Part shown: piece after piece, positions 37,816-47,425 of the stretch
Layout of the letters: each line of letters opens with the position of its first letter
How positions within the stretch are numbered: position 1 is the stretch's first letter
From: Candidatus Microgenomates bacterium
Lineage (GTDB): Bacteria; Patescibacteriota; JACPGU01
DNA: 64,000 nt
Assembly (NCBI GenBank): GCA_016188915.1
Contig: JACPGU010000003.1
Coordinates: 73,045-137,044 of the forward strand
Direction: 5' to 3'
The notes under the pieces: model-generated
Seen by the model: only the letters and a program-made list of their open reading frames with translations
Told to the model about the DNA's origin: nothing
Databases searched by the model: none
Made by a program: the position numbers and the translations under genes

Positions 37816-39736
37816 AAAACCAAGGTTATTTCGAAATATACACCTTTCTCTTGGAGGGCTGGTAATCTATCTGACAATACTAGTAGTTGTGAGTGTTTTT
37901 CTTTTTGGTATTCGTTCGAGCGTCAGCGATAAGATGTTTATCTATGTCCAAAAAGAAAAACCAGATTTCTTACAAGTATTTTTCCCCATAGATGGCTTAT
38001 ATAGCGAAGAAAATAGTCAAAGATCAGAACTTTTTGACAATACGAAAAATGTTGTCGAAATAGCATTGCCATTGAGATCATTTGATCATATTCGTATTGA
38101 CCCTATTAATGAGGCCTCAGAGGTTGTTATAACCAAGATAGAGGTAAAGACCATGTTTGGCACAGAAACTCTAATGCCGAGCGATATAATAGCCCACGCG
38201 AAGCCTTTGCAGATGATTGACAGGCTAGAGATAGTACCTTCCGGCCTACTCATTCGTTCAACAGGAAACGATCCTTTTTTTGAATTGCAACTGGAAAAAT
38301 CTTTCAATTTTTCTCAGCTCATCGTCTTTGGTGTTGTTGGTCTTCTCTTATCTCTTCTAATATTCTTTGGCGGAAAAAAGATTTTATGCCTGAAGATTCC
38401 AAAAAAGGGTAGAACTTTTTGTTTGCTGGCGATTCCTTTATTTATTTCTGTTGGAATCGCAGCTTTATTCTACCCGGGGTTTATGTCTTATGATACGCTG
38501 CATGCTCTTCGAGGGGCTAGAAATGGTGTGGTTGATTCTGTCTGGCCACCAATGGTTAGCTATGTCTGGCGTGTTGTTGATATGGTATCTACCAACCCCT
38601 CGGCGATGCACTTCTCGCAAGTATCTCTGCTCATAGGGTCTATTTTTGGCATAGTAGTCTTCTTTACAAAGAGGATAAAATATGCGAGCGTATTTCTGGT
38701 CTTGTATCTGGCAATTCCTGTTATACTTGGCACCGTATCAGTCATTTGGAAAGATGTTCTGATGGCCTCTTTCTTTTTAGCTGGTTTTGCCGTTGTTTTG
38801 TACATGAAGCCCACAATGAATAAGTGGAAATTTGTTCTCTTGGCAGTGTTAGCAGGGATTTTGATATTTCTTGGAGTATGTTCACGGCACAACGCTATTT
38901 TCGGTGCTGTACCACTAGTTTTCTACATGGCTCTTGTCTTGTGCTCGCGTATATCTCGTGGCTCTACCAAAAAATTACTTTTCGGCACTATCTTGGTGGG
39001 GATTGTCCTTACGAGCTTACTCTTTGCTTCAAAGACCGTACTCGACAATCATATACTTCCTAGCTTTAAAAAACTGGAGAATAATACTGATGGTTTTCTA
39101 TGGGCCGTTCGGAACTTTGATGTGGCGGGCGCGAGCTTGTGTGTAGGCAAAAATCTTTTTGCTGATATGGCACCAGATTTAACGGTAGCTGAAATAGGAC
39201 GTATTTATAATCCAAAACACGTGAACCTGTCGGCAGGATTATCAGCAAAGGTCGGTGTCGATAGTAGGATAGACAAAATATGGCTGGATGTCGCTCTCCG
39301 TCATCCGATTTGTTTTTGGAATAACAAATTTCAGATGACCAAATATATGCTTGGTGCAAATCGCGGTGAGCAATTTATTATTACAGCACCGGCTATTAGT
39401 GAAAACGAATATGGCTACAAACTGCCAAAATCACCACTACGAGATGTCGCTGTGGGCTATATAATAAAAGCTTCAAATTGGCTATTTTTTAGACCTTGGT
39501 TTCTGTATTTTCTTTCAATCATAGCTTTCGTTTATATGCTACGAGTGAGAGCATTAAAGGCAGATCTTTCAGCTCTCTTTCTGTCTGGTCTATTTTATCT
39601 TGCGAGTTTAATTTTGTTCGGTAACGCAGCCGACGCTCGATTACCTTTCTATACAACAACTGCTCTGTTAATATTAACTTTCGTTGCGGCAATAAAGCTC
39701 TGGAAAAGATGCGGTGAGAAGAGGATAAAAGATTAA
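37808..39736 (+). CDS. Polytopic membrane protein, possible GT-C-fold glycosyltransferase
   Basis: ATG 37808 overlaps the upstream stop (ATGATTAA). ~190-aa N-terminal soluble region, then more than 10 TM helices. No firm family assignment. Confidence 0.4.
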   Translation: MIKKPRLFRNIHLSLGGLVIYLTILVVVSVFLFGIRSSVSDKMFIYVQKEKPDFLQVFFPIDGLYSEENSQRSELFDNTKNVVEIALPLRSFDHIRIDPINEASEVVITKIEVKTMFGTETLMPSDIIAHAKPLQMIDRLEIVPSGLLIRSTGNDPFFELQLEKSFNFSQLIVFGVVGLLLSLLIFFGGKKILCLKIPKKGRTFCLLAIPLFISVGIAALFYPGFMSYDTLHALRGARNGVVDSVWPPMVSYVWRVVDMVSTNPSAMHFSQVSLLIGSIFGIVVFFTKRIKYASVFLVLYLAIPVILGTVSVIWKDVLMASFFLAGFAVVLYMKPTMNKWKFVLLAVLAGILIFLGVCSRHNAIFGAVPLVFYMALVLCSRISRGSTKKLLFGTILVGIVLTSLLFASKTVLDNHILPSFKKLENNTDGFLWAVRNFDVAGASLCVGKNLFADMAPDLTVAEIGRIYNPKHVNLSAGLSAKVGVDSRIDKIWLDVALRHPICFWNNKFQMTKYMLGANRGEQFIITAPAISENEYGYKLPKSPLRDVAVGYIIKASNWLFFRPWFLYFLSIIAFVYMLRVRALKADLSALFLSGLFYLASLILFGNAADARLPFYTTTALLILTFVAAIKLWKRCGEKRIKD

Positions 39737-39754
39737 GAGCAAAATCAATATACC

Positions 39755-40975
39755 CTACTTAATTGATAGAAATTCAACAAATCTTTCCTTCAGATATTCC
39801 ATCTGATCATCATTGAGCCCCTGATGACAAGCAACGACAAAGCCATTTTTCATGATATGCTCGGTGTTGGGAAACTCTGTTTTTGTTTCTTTCCTTTGAA
39901 TATTCTTAAAAGCAGGCTGCTTCAAGATGTTTCCGGTGAAGATAGGTCGTGTTTGGATATCGTTATTTTCCAGATACGTGACTAATTCTAGACGCGTGAA
40001 AGGCGCGTTTGGCTTAATAATGAGCGGGAAGGCAATCCAAGCCGTCTCGGTTTTCGGAGTTTGATTTGGCAAAGTGAAATATTTATTATTTTTCTTGAAA
40101 AATTCGTAAAGTGAGTTAAAATTCTTTCTCCTCTTCTCAAGGAAATCAGGCAATCTTTTTAATTGCTCTAAGGCAAAAGCAGCGGAAATCTCAAGGGGCA
40201 GGAAATTGTATCCTATTTCGCTAAAAATAAATTTATTATCGTATGGTATACCGTCTAATTTTGCTCGGAAACGATTTTCTAAAAGTTCAGAATTTGCTTT
40301 TTCGCCGAAAAGCGATGATTGTCTACCCCAGCCACGCATGACCACGAGCTTGTCTACCCACTTTTGGCTATTTACGCAAATCATTCCTCCTCCTCCCGCG
40401 CCGTTTATAATATGAGACCCATAGAAGCTTGTTGTTGAGATGTCAGAATAAGTACCAGAGGGTTTTCCGTTGTATGTTCCGCCGAGCGTGTCGCAAGAAT
40501 CTTCGATGAAAAAGAGATTATGTTTTTTTGCAATCTCGACCAATCTTTCCATATTTGGGATGTTGCCCATCAGAGAAGGAATCATTAATAGTTTTGTCTT
40601 TGAGGTTATAGCTTTTTCGATATCTTCTGGATTGATAATATAGGTATCGGGATCAACATCAATAAAAACAGGAACAATTCCCTTTTGGATGAGCGGCGCC
40701 ACTGTGGTGGCGAAAGTCAGAATAGGGGTAATCGCCTCACTCCCCTTTGGTAGGTCAAGAATTTCCAGAGCTAACAGATTGGCCGATGAACCAGAATTGA
40801 CCATCACACCATATTTTTTACCAAACATTTTGGCTATTTTTTCTTCAAATTCTTTTGTTTTGTCGCCTAGCGCTGTATTGCCTTCCAGAATCTTTACGAC
40901 CGCATCTATTTCTTCTTGCCCATGGACAGAATAACCATACGGGACTCTTATATTCGTTTTTTTTGCTTTTCGCAT
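39755..40975 (-). CDS. rfbH: DegT/DnrJ/EryC1/StrS-family PLP/PMP enzyme, RfbH/DdhC-like (CDP-6-deoxy-D-xylo-4-hexulose 3-dehydrase E1-like)
   Basis: IRVPYGYSVHGQEEIDAVVKIL...VNSGSSANLLALE...TSFYGSHIINGAGGGG closely follows the RfbH pattern. Confidence 0.7.
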   Translation of the reverse strand: MRKAKKTNIRVPYGYSVHGQEEIDAVVKILEGNTALGDKTKEFEEKIAKMFGKKYGVMVNSGSSANLLALEILDLPKGSEAITPILTFATTVAPLIQKGIVPVFIDVDPDTYIINPEDIEKAITSKTKLLMIPSLMGNIPNMERLVEIAKKHNLFFIEDSCDTLGGTYNGKPSGTYSDISTTSFYGSHIINGAGGGGMICVNSQKWVDKLVVMRGWGRQSSLFGEKANSELLENRFRAKLDGIPYDNKFIFSEIGYNFLPLEISAAFALEQLKRLPDFLEKRRKNFNSLYEFFKKNNKYFTLPNQTPKTETAWIAFPLIIKPNAPFTRLELVTYLENNDIQTRPIFTGNILKQPAFKNIQRKETKTEFPNTEHIMKNGFVVACHQGLNDDQMEYLKERFVEFLSIK

Positions 40976-41079
40976 ATTTTTTCGTTATATTTATATGATT
41001 AGCACTCATAATACTAGCATTTTACCTCTCTGGCGTATAGACTATACCCTCGTCAAAGTTTAACCATCTAACTTTTTTT

Positions 41080-42072
41080 ATGAAAATAGATTTTGATATA
41101 ACTGAAGAATGGAACAGATATGTTGCTAAAGGACTAATCAAAAATGTCTTCGAAAGCCATAATGGCAAAATCGAAGCAGGGTTACGATTGGGTCCAAACG
41201 GTCCAGAACAATATGTTGTTGATCTTGCTACCGGCAGAGATATCAGTGAGCCGCCGATATGTAAGCATTGCGATAACGGCATTGATTTTTTATATGATCA
41301 TTTCGGTGGTTTAAAACCCCATACTCCTTCCAAGTCCCCTGGAAAACAAGATGATCTACTCGAAGATGCCGATTCGTGTATCTTTGCATGTCAGAATCAA
41401 AATGTCCCACATTCTGTTTTGAGACGTACACCGCTATTACAAGTAGAACTACCCGGCTCTAAATGGTTTGCATTTCCAAATCTTACCCCGTGGGAATCGC
41501 GCGGGCTTTTATTGTGGGTTCCTGTGGTGCCAGATGGCGTTACGACTACTTTTCCACATAGACCCCAAGGATTAACTCGAGCTAGCATAGAGGATTTTCT
41601 GGAAATATCCCAATCAAGAAAAGATCTAGTCACTTTTTTTAACTCGCTTCACGGAGGTGCTTCCGTTAACCATCTACATTTCCAGAGTGTCTATTCTGAT
41701 CACAAAATGGCCGTTGAATTAGCAGCACTGGTTAAATGGGAAAAATATACTCTAGTTGATGGATATTTTGCTCCTGCTCTCTTTTTCGCGCTAGATTCTG
41801 ATATCGAGAAAATATGGGAACCAATTGAAAAAATTCAACAAGCCGGTATCCCCTATGATCTGATAGCACTTTCGAGCGGCACCTACCTTTTCATCAGAAA
41901 CATTAATCACGAAATTGTCGAAGAATTTCCCGGCAGAGGATTGGGCGGGATCAATTTTGCCGGACTGATTATCACAGCCGATAAAAAAGATTTTACGCGA
42001 GTAACAGAACAGGTAATTCGGTCTGCTTTTGCTAAAGCAACAATTGATCCTCGGAAACTTGATTTTTTGTAG
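41080..42072 (+). CDS. HIT-superfamily GalT-branch (HxHxQ) nucleotidyltransferase/phosphorylase-like protein, VTC2-like
   Basis: VNHLHFQSVY (His-x-His-x-Gln) and FAFPNLTPWESRGLLLWVP resemble the GalT / GDP-L-galactose phosphorylase family. Confidence 0.45.
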   Translation: MKIDFDITEEWNRYVAKGLIKNVFESHNGKIEAGLRLGPNGPEQYVVDLATGRDISEPPICKHCDNGIDFLYDHFGGLKPHTPSKSPGKQDDLLEDADSCIFACQNQNVPHSVLRRTPLLQVELPGSKWFAFPNLTPWESRGLLLWVPVVPDGVTTTFPHRPQGLTRASIEDFLEISQSRKDLVTFFNSLHGGASVNHLHFQSVYSDHKMAVELAALVKWEKYTLVDGYFAPALFFALDSDIEKIWEPIEKIQQAGIPYDLIALSSGTYLFIRNINHEIVEEFPGRGLGGINFAGLIITADKKDFTRVTEQVIRSAFAKATIDPRKLDFL

Positions 42073-42119
42073 CAGGGATGATAGAGTTAAGGTGAAAAAT
42101 CCAATGAGGAGGATGAGAA

Positions 42120-42932
42120 ATGCGACTTTTCGATGAGTATGGGAGGCGAATTCCGCTTCCGTGGATGAGGGTCTATAGTCAGATTTCCAGAAGATATTTT
42201 CAGCTGAACCAACCAATAATTGATTTTAGCGATGTTTATCGTCGCACTGTAAAGTATCTGGGATTGGGAGATCTGCCATTTTCCGACCAGCACTTTAAAA
42301 AAAAGTGTGAAGATTTATTACAGGGCTTACATGAAGACGGTGAGATTAGTGATATCGCCAAAGGTGTTCGTGTGCCATTCCTTTGCCCACCTCTACCGTC
42401 AGACACAAAAAGGGGCGAAGAACTAGTGAAACTAGCTGTAGCTGTCGAGAGATCTTTTAAAGATCGATTCCTCGAGTACGAGTTTTACAATCGCGTAGAG
42501 CCACAATTTCTGGCAGGAGATAATGTGGTGCTCGCGGTCGATTCTCGTTATGAGCGTTTCGAAGAAGCAAGGCGTCAAGGAGTGGTAGTCGGGTGGTACT
42601 TTCCTAACTGCCTTTCTGAATATGATCTAGCTTCACAACGCTCTCAGATGGCGACCTTGCCGATCTTCCATGGACATTTTGTTTTGAGTGGCGGGGTGGA
42701 GACAGCAACAGCACTAATTGGGTGTCCCGATCTACTTATGAATCGAGACGCTTATCCGCATCATCTCTGCCTATCGGCGCTTCAGGATATCGACGAGCGG
42801 TTTTTTTACTCTTTCGAGGCCTATGGGCTTAATCTGGTTTTCAATCGTCGCAGTAATGTACTGACTCCGAAGGTAGCGCAACTCTCGGAACAGTTTGCTG
42901 GTGGGCTCACAGTATTTACATCTTGGGAATAA
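42120..42932 (+). CDS. Hypothetical protein (270 aa)
   Basis: ORF only. RBS ggagga upstream. Co-directional and tightly spaced with its neighbours. Confidence 0.45.
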   Translation: MRLFDEYGRRIPLPWMRVYSQISRRYFQLNQPIIDFSDVYRRTVKYLGLGDLPFSDQHFKKKCEDLLQGLHEDGEISDIAKGVRVPFLCPPLPSDTKRGEELVKLAVAVERSFKDRFLEYEFYNRVEPQFLAGDNVVLAVDSRYERFEEARRQGVVVGWYFPNCLSEYDLASQRSQMATLPIFHGHFVLSGGVETATALIGCPDLLMNRDAYPHHLCLSALQDIDERFFYSFEAYGLNLVFNRRSNVLTPKVAQLSEQFAGGLTVFTSWE

Positions 42933-42943
42933 AGGAGAGACAG

Positions 42944-44071
42944 ATGGAAATAACGAATACGGCTCAATTGACACCGAGCCAGATCAAAGAAAGAGCCAAG
43001 TTGGAACAACGCTGGCCAAGGTCGTACGAAAAGCAACAGCGATTTGATGCCAACGCAGTAAACGGAGTTATCTCTCCAATTCTACGGCTATGTTGGAGTT
43101 TCCTCTGCAATTTTCATTGCGAACACTGTTGCGCCGAACACTATATGGATCGGCATTTAGTAAAAGTGACAGGATCAAAAGAGCAGAGGAGAGAACTCAA
43201 TCTCGATGATGTTCGTGATATCTCTCGTCAAGCAGATGAATATGGGATCTATCGATTTGTTTTGACTGGTGGAGAACCGACAACATGGAAAGACCTTTTT
43301 GCGGTGATCGAAGCGGTAGATCCGGCGAAACATTTAGTAATTCTCGATTCCAATGCATGGCTTCTTGATGAGAAGTTTGCCAGACGGCTCGCAGACGCAG
43401 GTGTTTATAAAATGCAGATTAGTTTGGACAGTTTCATTGAGGCAGAACATGATCTTTTCCGAAGTAAGCCAGGATCATACAGGCGCGTGATGCGAGCCAT
43501 TGAAGCGGTTCAGGAGACAGACATGAAGCTCATGCTTTCTACCTGTCTTATTCGTGGTAGAGCATCTACTCCGGAGTTCGAAAACCTGTGTAGGTTTGCA
43601 ACGGAACAGGGTATCATGCTTTATGTCACTTATGCGAAACCAGTTGGCACGCTCAAGGTCAATCACGAGGATTTCGTCATTACGAAAGAAGATGCCGACC
43701 ATGTGCGGGAGCTTGAGAAGCGCTATAATGTTACGACCCACATGACGCCTGCGTATATGCGAGGACAGGATGGGGTCCTTGGGCACTATGACGGCTGTAT
43801 CACGGTCAAGGGGATTAATACGATTACTTCTACGGGGGAGATCGTTCCTTGCCCCTACATGGACATGTCTATCGGCAATGTCCTTCGTGAGCCACTGGCT
43901 ACAATTCTTGATCGTGGCATGCGCAACAAATTTTTAGGACCGCACCGCAAGGACTGTCTGATCGGTGAAGACGCTGAATTCATAGAACGTCATAATCAAG
44001 CAGTTGAGGGTCGAGTCCAGCTTCCCGCGCCATACGGAGAAGGGTTCTCCGACAAGGACTTAATCGTTTAA
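42944..44071 (+). CDS. Radical SAM enzyme (CxxxCxxC) with C-terminal Cys-containing auxiliary (SPASM/twitch-like) region
   Basis: RBS aaggagaga then ATG 42944. CNFHCEHCC cluster. FVLTGGEPT glycine-rich motif. Late Cys residues (CITVKG...VPCPYMD). Confidence 0.7.
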   Translation: MEITNTAQLTPSQIKERAKLEQRWPRSYEKQQRFDANAVNGVISPILRLCWSFLCNFHCEHCCAEHYMDRHLVKVTGSKEQRRELNLDDVRDISRQADEYGIYRFVLTGGEPTTWKDLFAVIEAVDPAKHLVILDSNAWLLDEKFARRLADAGVYKMQISLDSFIEAEHDLFRSKPGSYRRVMRAIEAVQETDMKLMLSTCLIRGRASTPEFENLCRFATEQGIMLYVTYAKPVGTLKVNHEDFVITKEDADHVRELEKRYNVTTHMTPAYMRGQDGVLGHYDGCITVKGINTITSTGEIVPCPYMDMSIGNVLREPLATILDRGMRNKFLGPHRKDCLIGEDAEFIERHNQAVEGRVQLPAPYGEGFSDKDLIV

Positions 44072-44082
44072 CCTACCAATTT

Positions 44083-44127
44083 AATGGGGCTTTCTGCTTT
44101 GAGCAGTTGAGCCCCATAATTTTTTTC
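44083..44127 (+). terminator. Rho-independent terminator after the radical SAM gene
   Basis: tggggct...agcccca stem followed by taattttttt. Confidence 0.6.
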
Positions 44128-44240
44128 GCTATTTGTGCTAGATTGACACATTGCCATAAAAGAAGTAACCTTATCTCATGCAGATAGCCCCATAATGGCT
44201 CGCAATACTAGGAAATTATGAAAACTATATTTTTTGACGT

Positions 44241-45221
44241 ATGTCTGATTTTTACAAAGACAAGAAAACTATTTCGGTGGTAACTTCCTGCTTTAACGAA
44301 GAAGAGAATGTAGAAGAGTTATTTAGATCTATAGAAAAGGTGTTTCAGGACAATCCGAGATATATGTTTGAAGTTATCTTTATGGATAACGCATCAACGG
44401 ACTCAACGGCTAGTGTTCTTAGAAGGATAGCGAGTAGTGATAAGCGAGTAAAGGTGATTCTTAATGCGAAAAATTTTGGTCATATTCGCTCCCCTTATCA
44501 CGGATTACTTCAAACGAAAGGTGACGCTGTAGTTATGATGGCTTCTGACCTACAGGATCCACCAGAAATGATCGCTGATTTCGTCAAGGCATGGGAGAAT
44601 GGGGCCGATATTGTTGTTGGTATCAAAGATAAGAGCAAAGAAGGTCCGTTAATGTTTCTAGTTAGAAGAGTGTTTTACTACCTGAGCCACAAGATGTCTG
44701 AAACCGATTACATAAAAAACTTTACTGGTTTTGGTTTATACGATAAGAAGTTTGTCGATGTTCTGCGAGGACTAGATGAGCCATACCCTTACTTGCGAGG
44801 GTTAGTAGCGCAATTTGGCTCCAATATAGAAAAAATAAGGTTTACCCAACCGAAAAGAAAGGCAGGGAGGACAAAAAACAATTTCTATACTCTTTACGAT
44901 ATGGCTATGCTTGGTTTCGTGAATCATTCTAAGATCCCCATTCGATTAGCCAGCTTTATCGGCTTTACTGGCGCTTTTATGAGCTTTATGGTTGCAATTG
45001 CCTATTTCGCATACAAGCTAATTTATTGGAAAAGTTTTGAGGCAGGAGTTGCCCCTCTTGTTATTGGGTTTTTCTTTGTTTCGTCCATCCAACTGCTCTT
45101 TATCGGCATTATAGGAGAATATATTTCCTCTATTTACACTCAAGTAAAAAATCAACCACTAGTAATCGAAAAGGAGAGAATTAATTTTGAAGAAACTGAT
45201 ACAAAAACTTTGGGCCAATAG
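44241..45221 (+). CDS. GT2 polyprenyl-phosphate sugar synthase (DPM1/ArnC/GtrB-like) with C-terminal TM helices
   Basis: ISVVTSCFNEEENV, DNASTDSTASVL, DLQDPPE motifs plus two C-terminal TM segments. Confidence 0.75.
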   Translation: MSDFYKDKKTISVVTSCFNEEENVEELFRSIEKVFQDNPRYMFEVIFMDNASTDSTASVLRRIASSDKRVKVILNAKNFGHIRSPYHGLLQTKGDAVVMMASDLQDPPEMIADFVKAWENGADIVVGIKDKSKEGPLMFLVRRVFYYLSHKMSETDYIKNFTGFGLYDKKFVDVLRGLDEPYPYLRGLVAQFGSNIEKIRFTQPKRKAGRTKNNFYTLYDMAMLGFVNHSKIPIRLASFIGFTGAFMSFMVAIAYFAYKLIYWKSFEAGVAPLVIGFFFVSSIQLLFIGIIGEYISSIYTQVKNQPLVIEKERINFEETDTKTLGQ

Positions 45222-45609
45222 GTTTCTTCGTTTTCTGGTTGTTGGTTTTTTTAATACCGTATTTGGGTATTCCATCTTTGCGCTATTTATTTTTGTTGGC
45301 TATAATTATATTGTAGCTGCCATGCTCGGGACTATCGGCGGGATACTGTTTAACTTCAAATCGGTTGGCGTAATTGTATTTAAAAGTCATAATAATGCCC
45401 TGATATTCAGATTTTTTGCGGTTTATGGCGTTGTCTATTTATTCAATCTTACAGGCATCAAAATCTTTGCTGATTATGGAATTGGTAGTTACATTGCGGG
45501 TGCAATTTTGGTCTTACCTGCCGCAGCAATCGGCTATCTCCTCAATAAAAAATTTGTTTTTAATCGGACCCCGATAGACATAAAAGAAGATGAACATATC
45601 TCGGCCTAA
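45187..45609 (+). CDS. GtrA-family membrane protein (polyprenyl-sugar flippase-associated)
   Basis: FLRFLVVGFFNTVFGYSIFALFIF is GtrA-like. 4 TM helices. Confidence 0.7.
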   Translation: MKKLIQKLWANRFLRFLVVGFFNTVFGYSIFALFIFVGYNYIVAAMLGTIGGILFNFKSVGVIVFKSHNNALIFRFFAVYGVVYLFNLTGIKIFADYGIGSYIAGAILVLPAAAIGYLLNKKFVFNRTPIDIKEDEHISA

Positions 45610-45670
45610 CCGCCAATCCATTTGTTCTGTCTGGAAAATGTGCTATTCTAAGTAAAATATATTTTGTTTT

Positions 45671-46441
45671 ATGAAAACAATAATTCTTTGTGGAGGGCAA
45701 GGGACAAGAATGAAAGAGGAGACCGAATTCAAGCCAAAACCATTGGTTCTTATTGGCGGTAAGCCGATTTTGTGGCATATCATGAAAATCTACTCACACT
45801 ACGGTTTTAACGAATTTATCCTGGCATTGGGATATAAGGGCAATATGATTAAGGAATATTTCCTTAATCAAAGGACTTTTTTAAATGACTTCACCCTAAA
45901 TACCAAAGACAATAAGATCACTTTCCACAACAACGATCACGGTGACTTTAAGATTACTTTTATTGACACTGGCCTTGAAACATTGCCTGGAGAACGGATT
46001 TTACGTTGCAAACCATATATCCCAAAGGAGGATACTGATTTTATGGTCACCTACGGCGATGGCGTGTCTGATATTAATATCGACAATTTACTAGAATTTC
46101 ATCGTCGACAAAAAACTATTGGGACAATCATGGGGATAAATCCTCGTTTCAAATTTGGAACAGTATTGGTAAAACCAGACAATAAGATCTCAAAGTTTTC
46201 GGAAAAACCGGTCTTGGAGGATTGGATTAATGGAGGATTTATGGTTTTTAACAAAAAAGTATTTTCCTATATCAATCCCGGTGAGACAGAACATGCCGCG
46301 CTCAAGAGATTGTCGAGAAAGGGTGAACTTTCGTTATTTAGACACAATGGTGCTTGGGCGTGCATGGATACACACAAAGAACATGCGGAACTCAATAAAC
46401 GCTGGCTCAAAGATCCCTTTTGGAGAGTATGGGAAAAATAA
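45671..46441 (+). CDS. rfbF: Glucose-1-phosphate cytidylyltransferase
   Basis: MKTIILCGGQGTRMKEETEFKPKPLVLIGGKPILWHIMKIYSHYGFNEFILALGYKGNMIKEYF is near-canonical RfbF/DdhA. Confidence 0.85.
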   Translation: MKTIILCGGQGTRMKEETEFKPKPLVLIGGKPILWHIMKIYSHYGFNEFILALGYKGNMIKEYFLNQRTFLNDFTLNTKDNKITFHNNDHGDFKITFIDTGLETLPGERILRCKPYIPKEDTDFMVTYGDGVSDINIDNLLEFHRRQKTIGTIMGINPRFKFGTVLVKPDNKISKFSEKPVLEDWINGGFMVFNKKVFSYINPGETEHAALKRLSRKGELSLFRHNGAWACMDTHKEHAELNKRWLKDPFWRVWEK

Positions 46442-46443
46442 TC

Positions 46444-47412
46444 ATGGCTATAATGAAAAATCATTTTGCAAAGAAAAATGTCTTAATTACGGGCGCAACT
46501 GGTTTGGTTGGTGGTCATATCGCAGACAAATTAGTCGAGCAAGGCGCCAACGTGTTCATCACCTATCGTTCCCATAATCCCAAGTCGTTTTTTGTCCAAA
46601 AAGAATTGAGAGACAAAGTTGTGAGCGCTAAGTGTGATATCAAGGATTATCACCGGGTATTTGACGTTGTCTCTAAATATGAGATTGGTTATATATTTCA
46701 TGTCGCCGCCCAACCTATAGTACCCACCGCCTACATCAACCCAAAAGAGGCCCTAGAGGTCAATATATTAGGTACAGTCAATATTTTGGAGGCGACAAGA
46801 CACTGCTCGCAAGTCAAAGGGGTGGTTGTTGCTTCTTCCGATAAGGCGTATGGTAAAAAGTGCGACAACGCTACAGAGGAAGAACCAATGGCAGGAGATC
46901 ATCCTTATGATGTTTCCAAATCATGCGCTGATCTTATAGCTAGAGCGTATGCCAAGACCTACCACCTACCGGTTGCCGTGAGTCGTTTTGGCAACATCTA
47001 TGGACCAGGGGATTTGAATATCAATCGGATTATTCCTGGTATTATGAAAGCGCTTATTCATAATGAGATCATTGAGATTCGCAGCGATGGCTCATTTATC
47101 CGCGACTATGTTTATGTCAAAGATGTGGCCGATGGCTATCTTGCGCTGATGGAAAATATAGAAAAAAATAAAGGAGAAGCCTTTAATTTTAGCAGCGGTC
47201 ACAATTTCTCCGTATTAGAATTAATCGAGAAGATTTCAAAAATTGTTGGCAAAAAATGTAAGTACAAAATATTAGATAATCAAAAAAATGAGATTCCAAA
47301 ACAAAGTTTGAATTTTGATAAAGCGAAAGAGCTTCTTAACTGGAAGCCAAAATATACTTTTGAAGAGGGGATTAGGGAAACATTTGAGTGGTATAAGAAT
47401 TTTTATAAATAA
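46444..47412 (+). CDS. rfbG: CDP-glucose 4,6-dehydratase
   Basis: VLITGATGLVGGHIADKL Rossmann motif. HVAAQPIVPTAYINPKEALEVNILGTVNILEATR matches RfbG/DdhB. ATG 46444 follows the rfbF stop; alternative upstream TTG 46420. Confidence 0.8.
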   Translation: MAIMKNHFAKKNVLITGATGLVGGHIADKLVEQGANVFITYRSHNPKSFFVQKELRDKVVSAKCDIKDYHRVFDVVSKYEIGYIFHVAAQPIVPTAYINPKEALEVNILGTVNILEATRHCSQVKGVVVASSDKAYGKKCDNATEEEPMAGDHPYDVSKSCADLIARAYAKTYHLPVAVSRFGNIYGPGDLNINRIIPGIMKALIHNEIIEIRSDGSFIRDYVYVKDVADGYLALMENIEKNKGEAFNFSSGHNFSVLELIEKISKIVGKKCKYKILDNQKNEIPKQSLNFDKAKELLNWKPKYTFEEGIRETFEWYKNFYK

Positions 47413-47425
47413 CTCAAAAATATTT

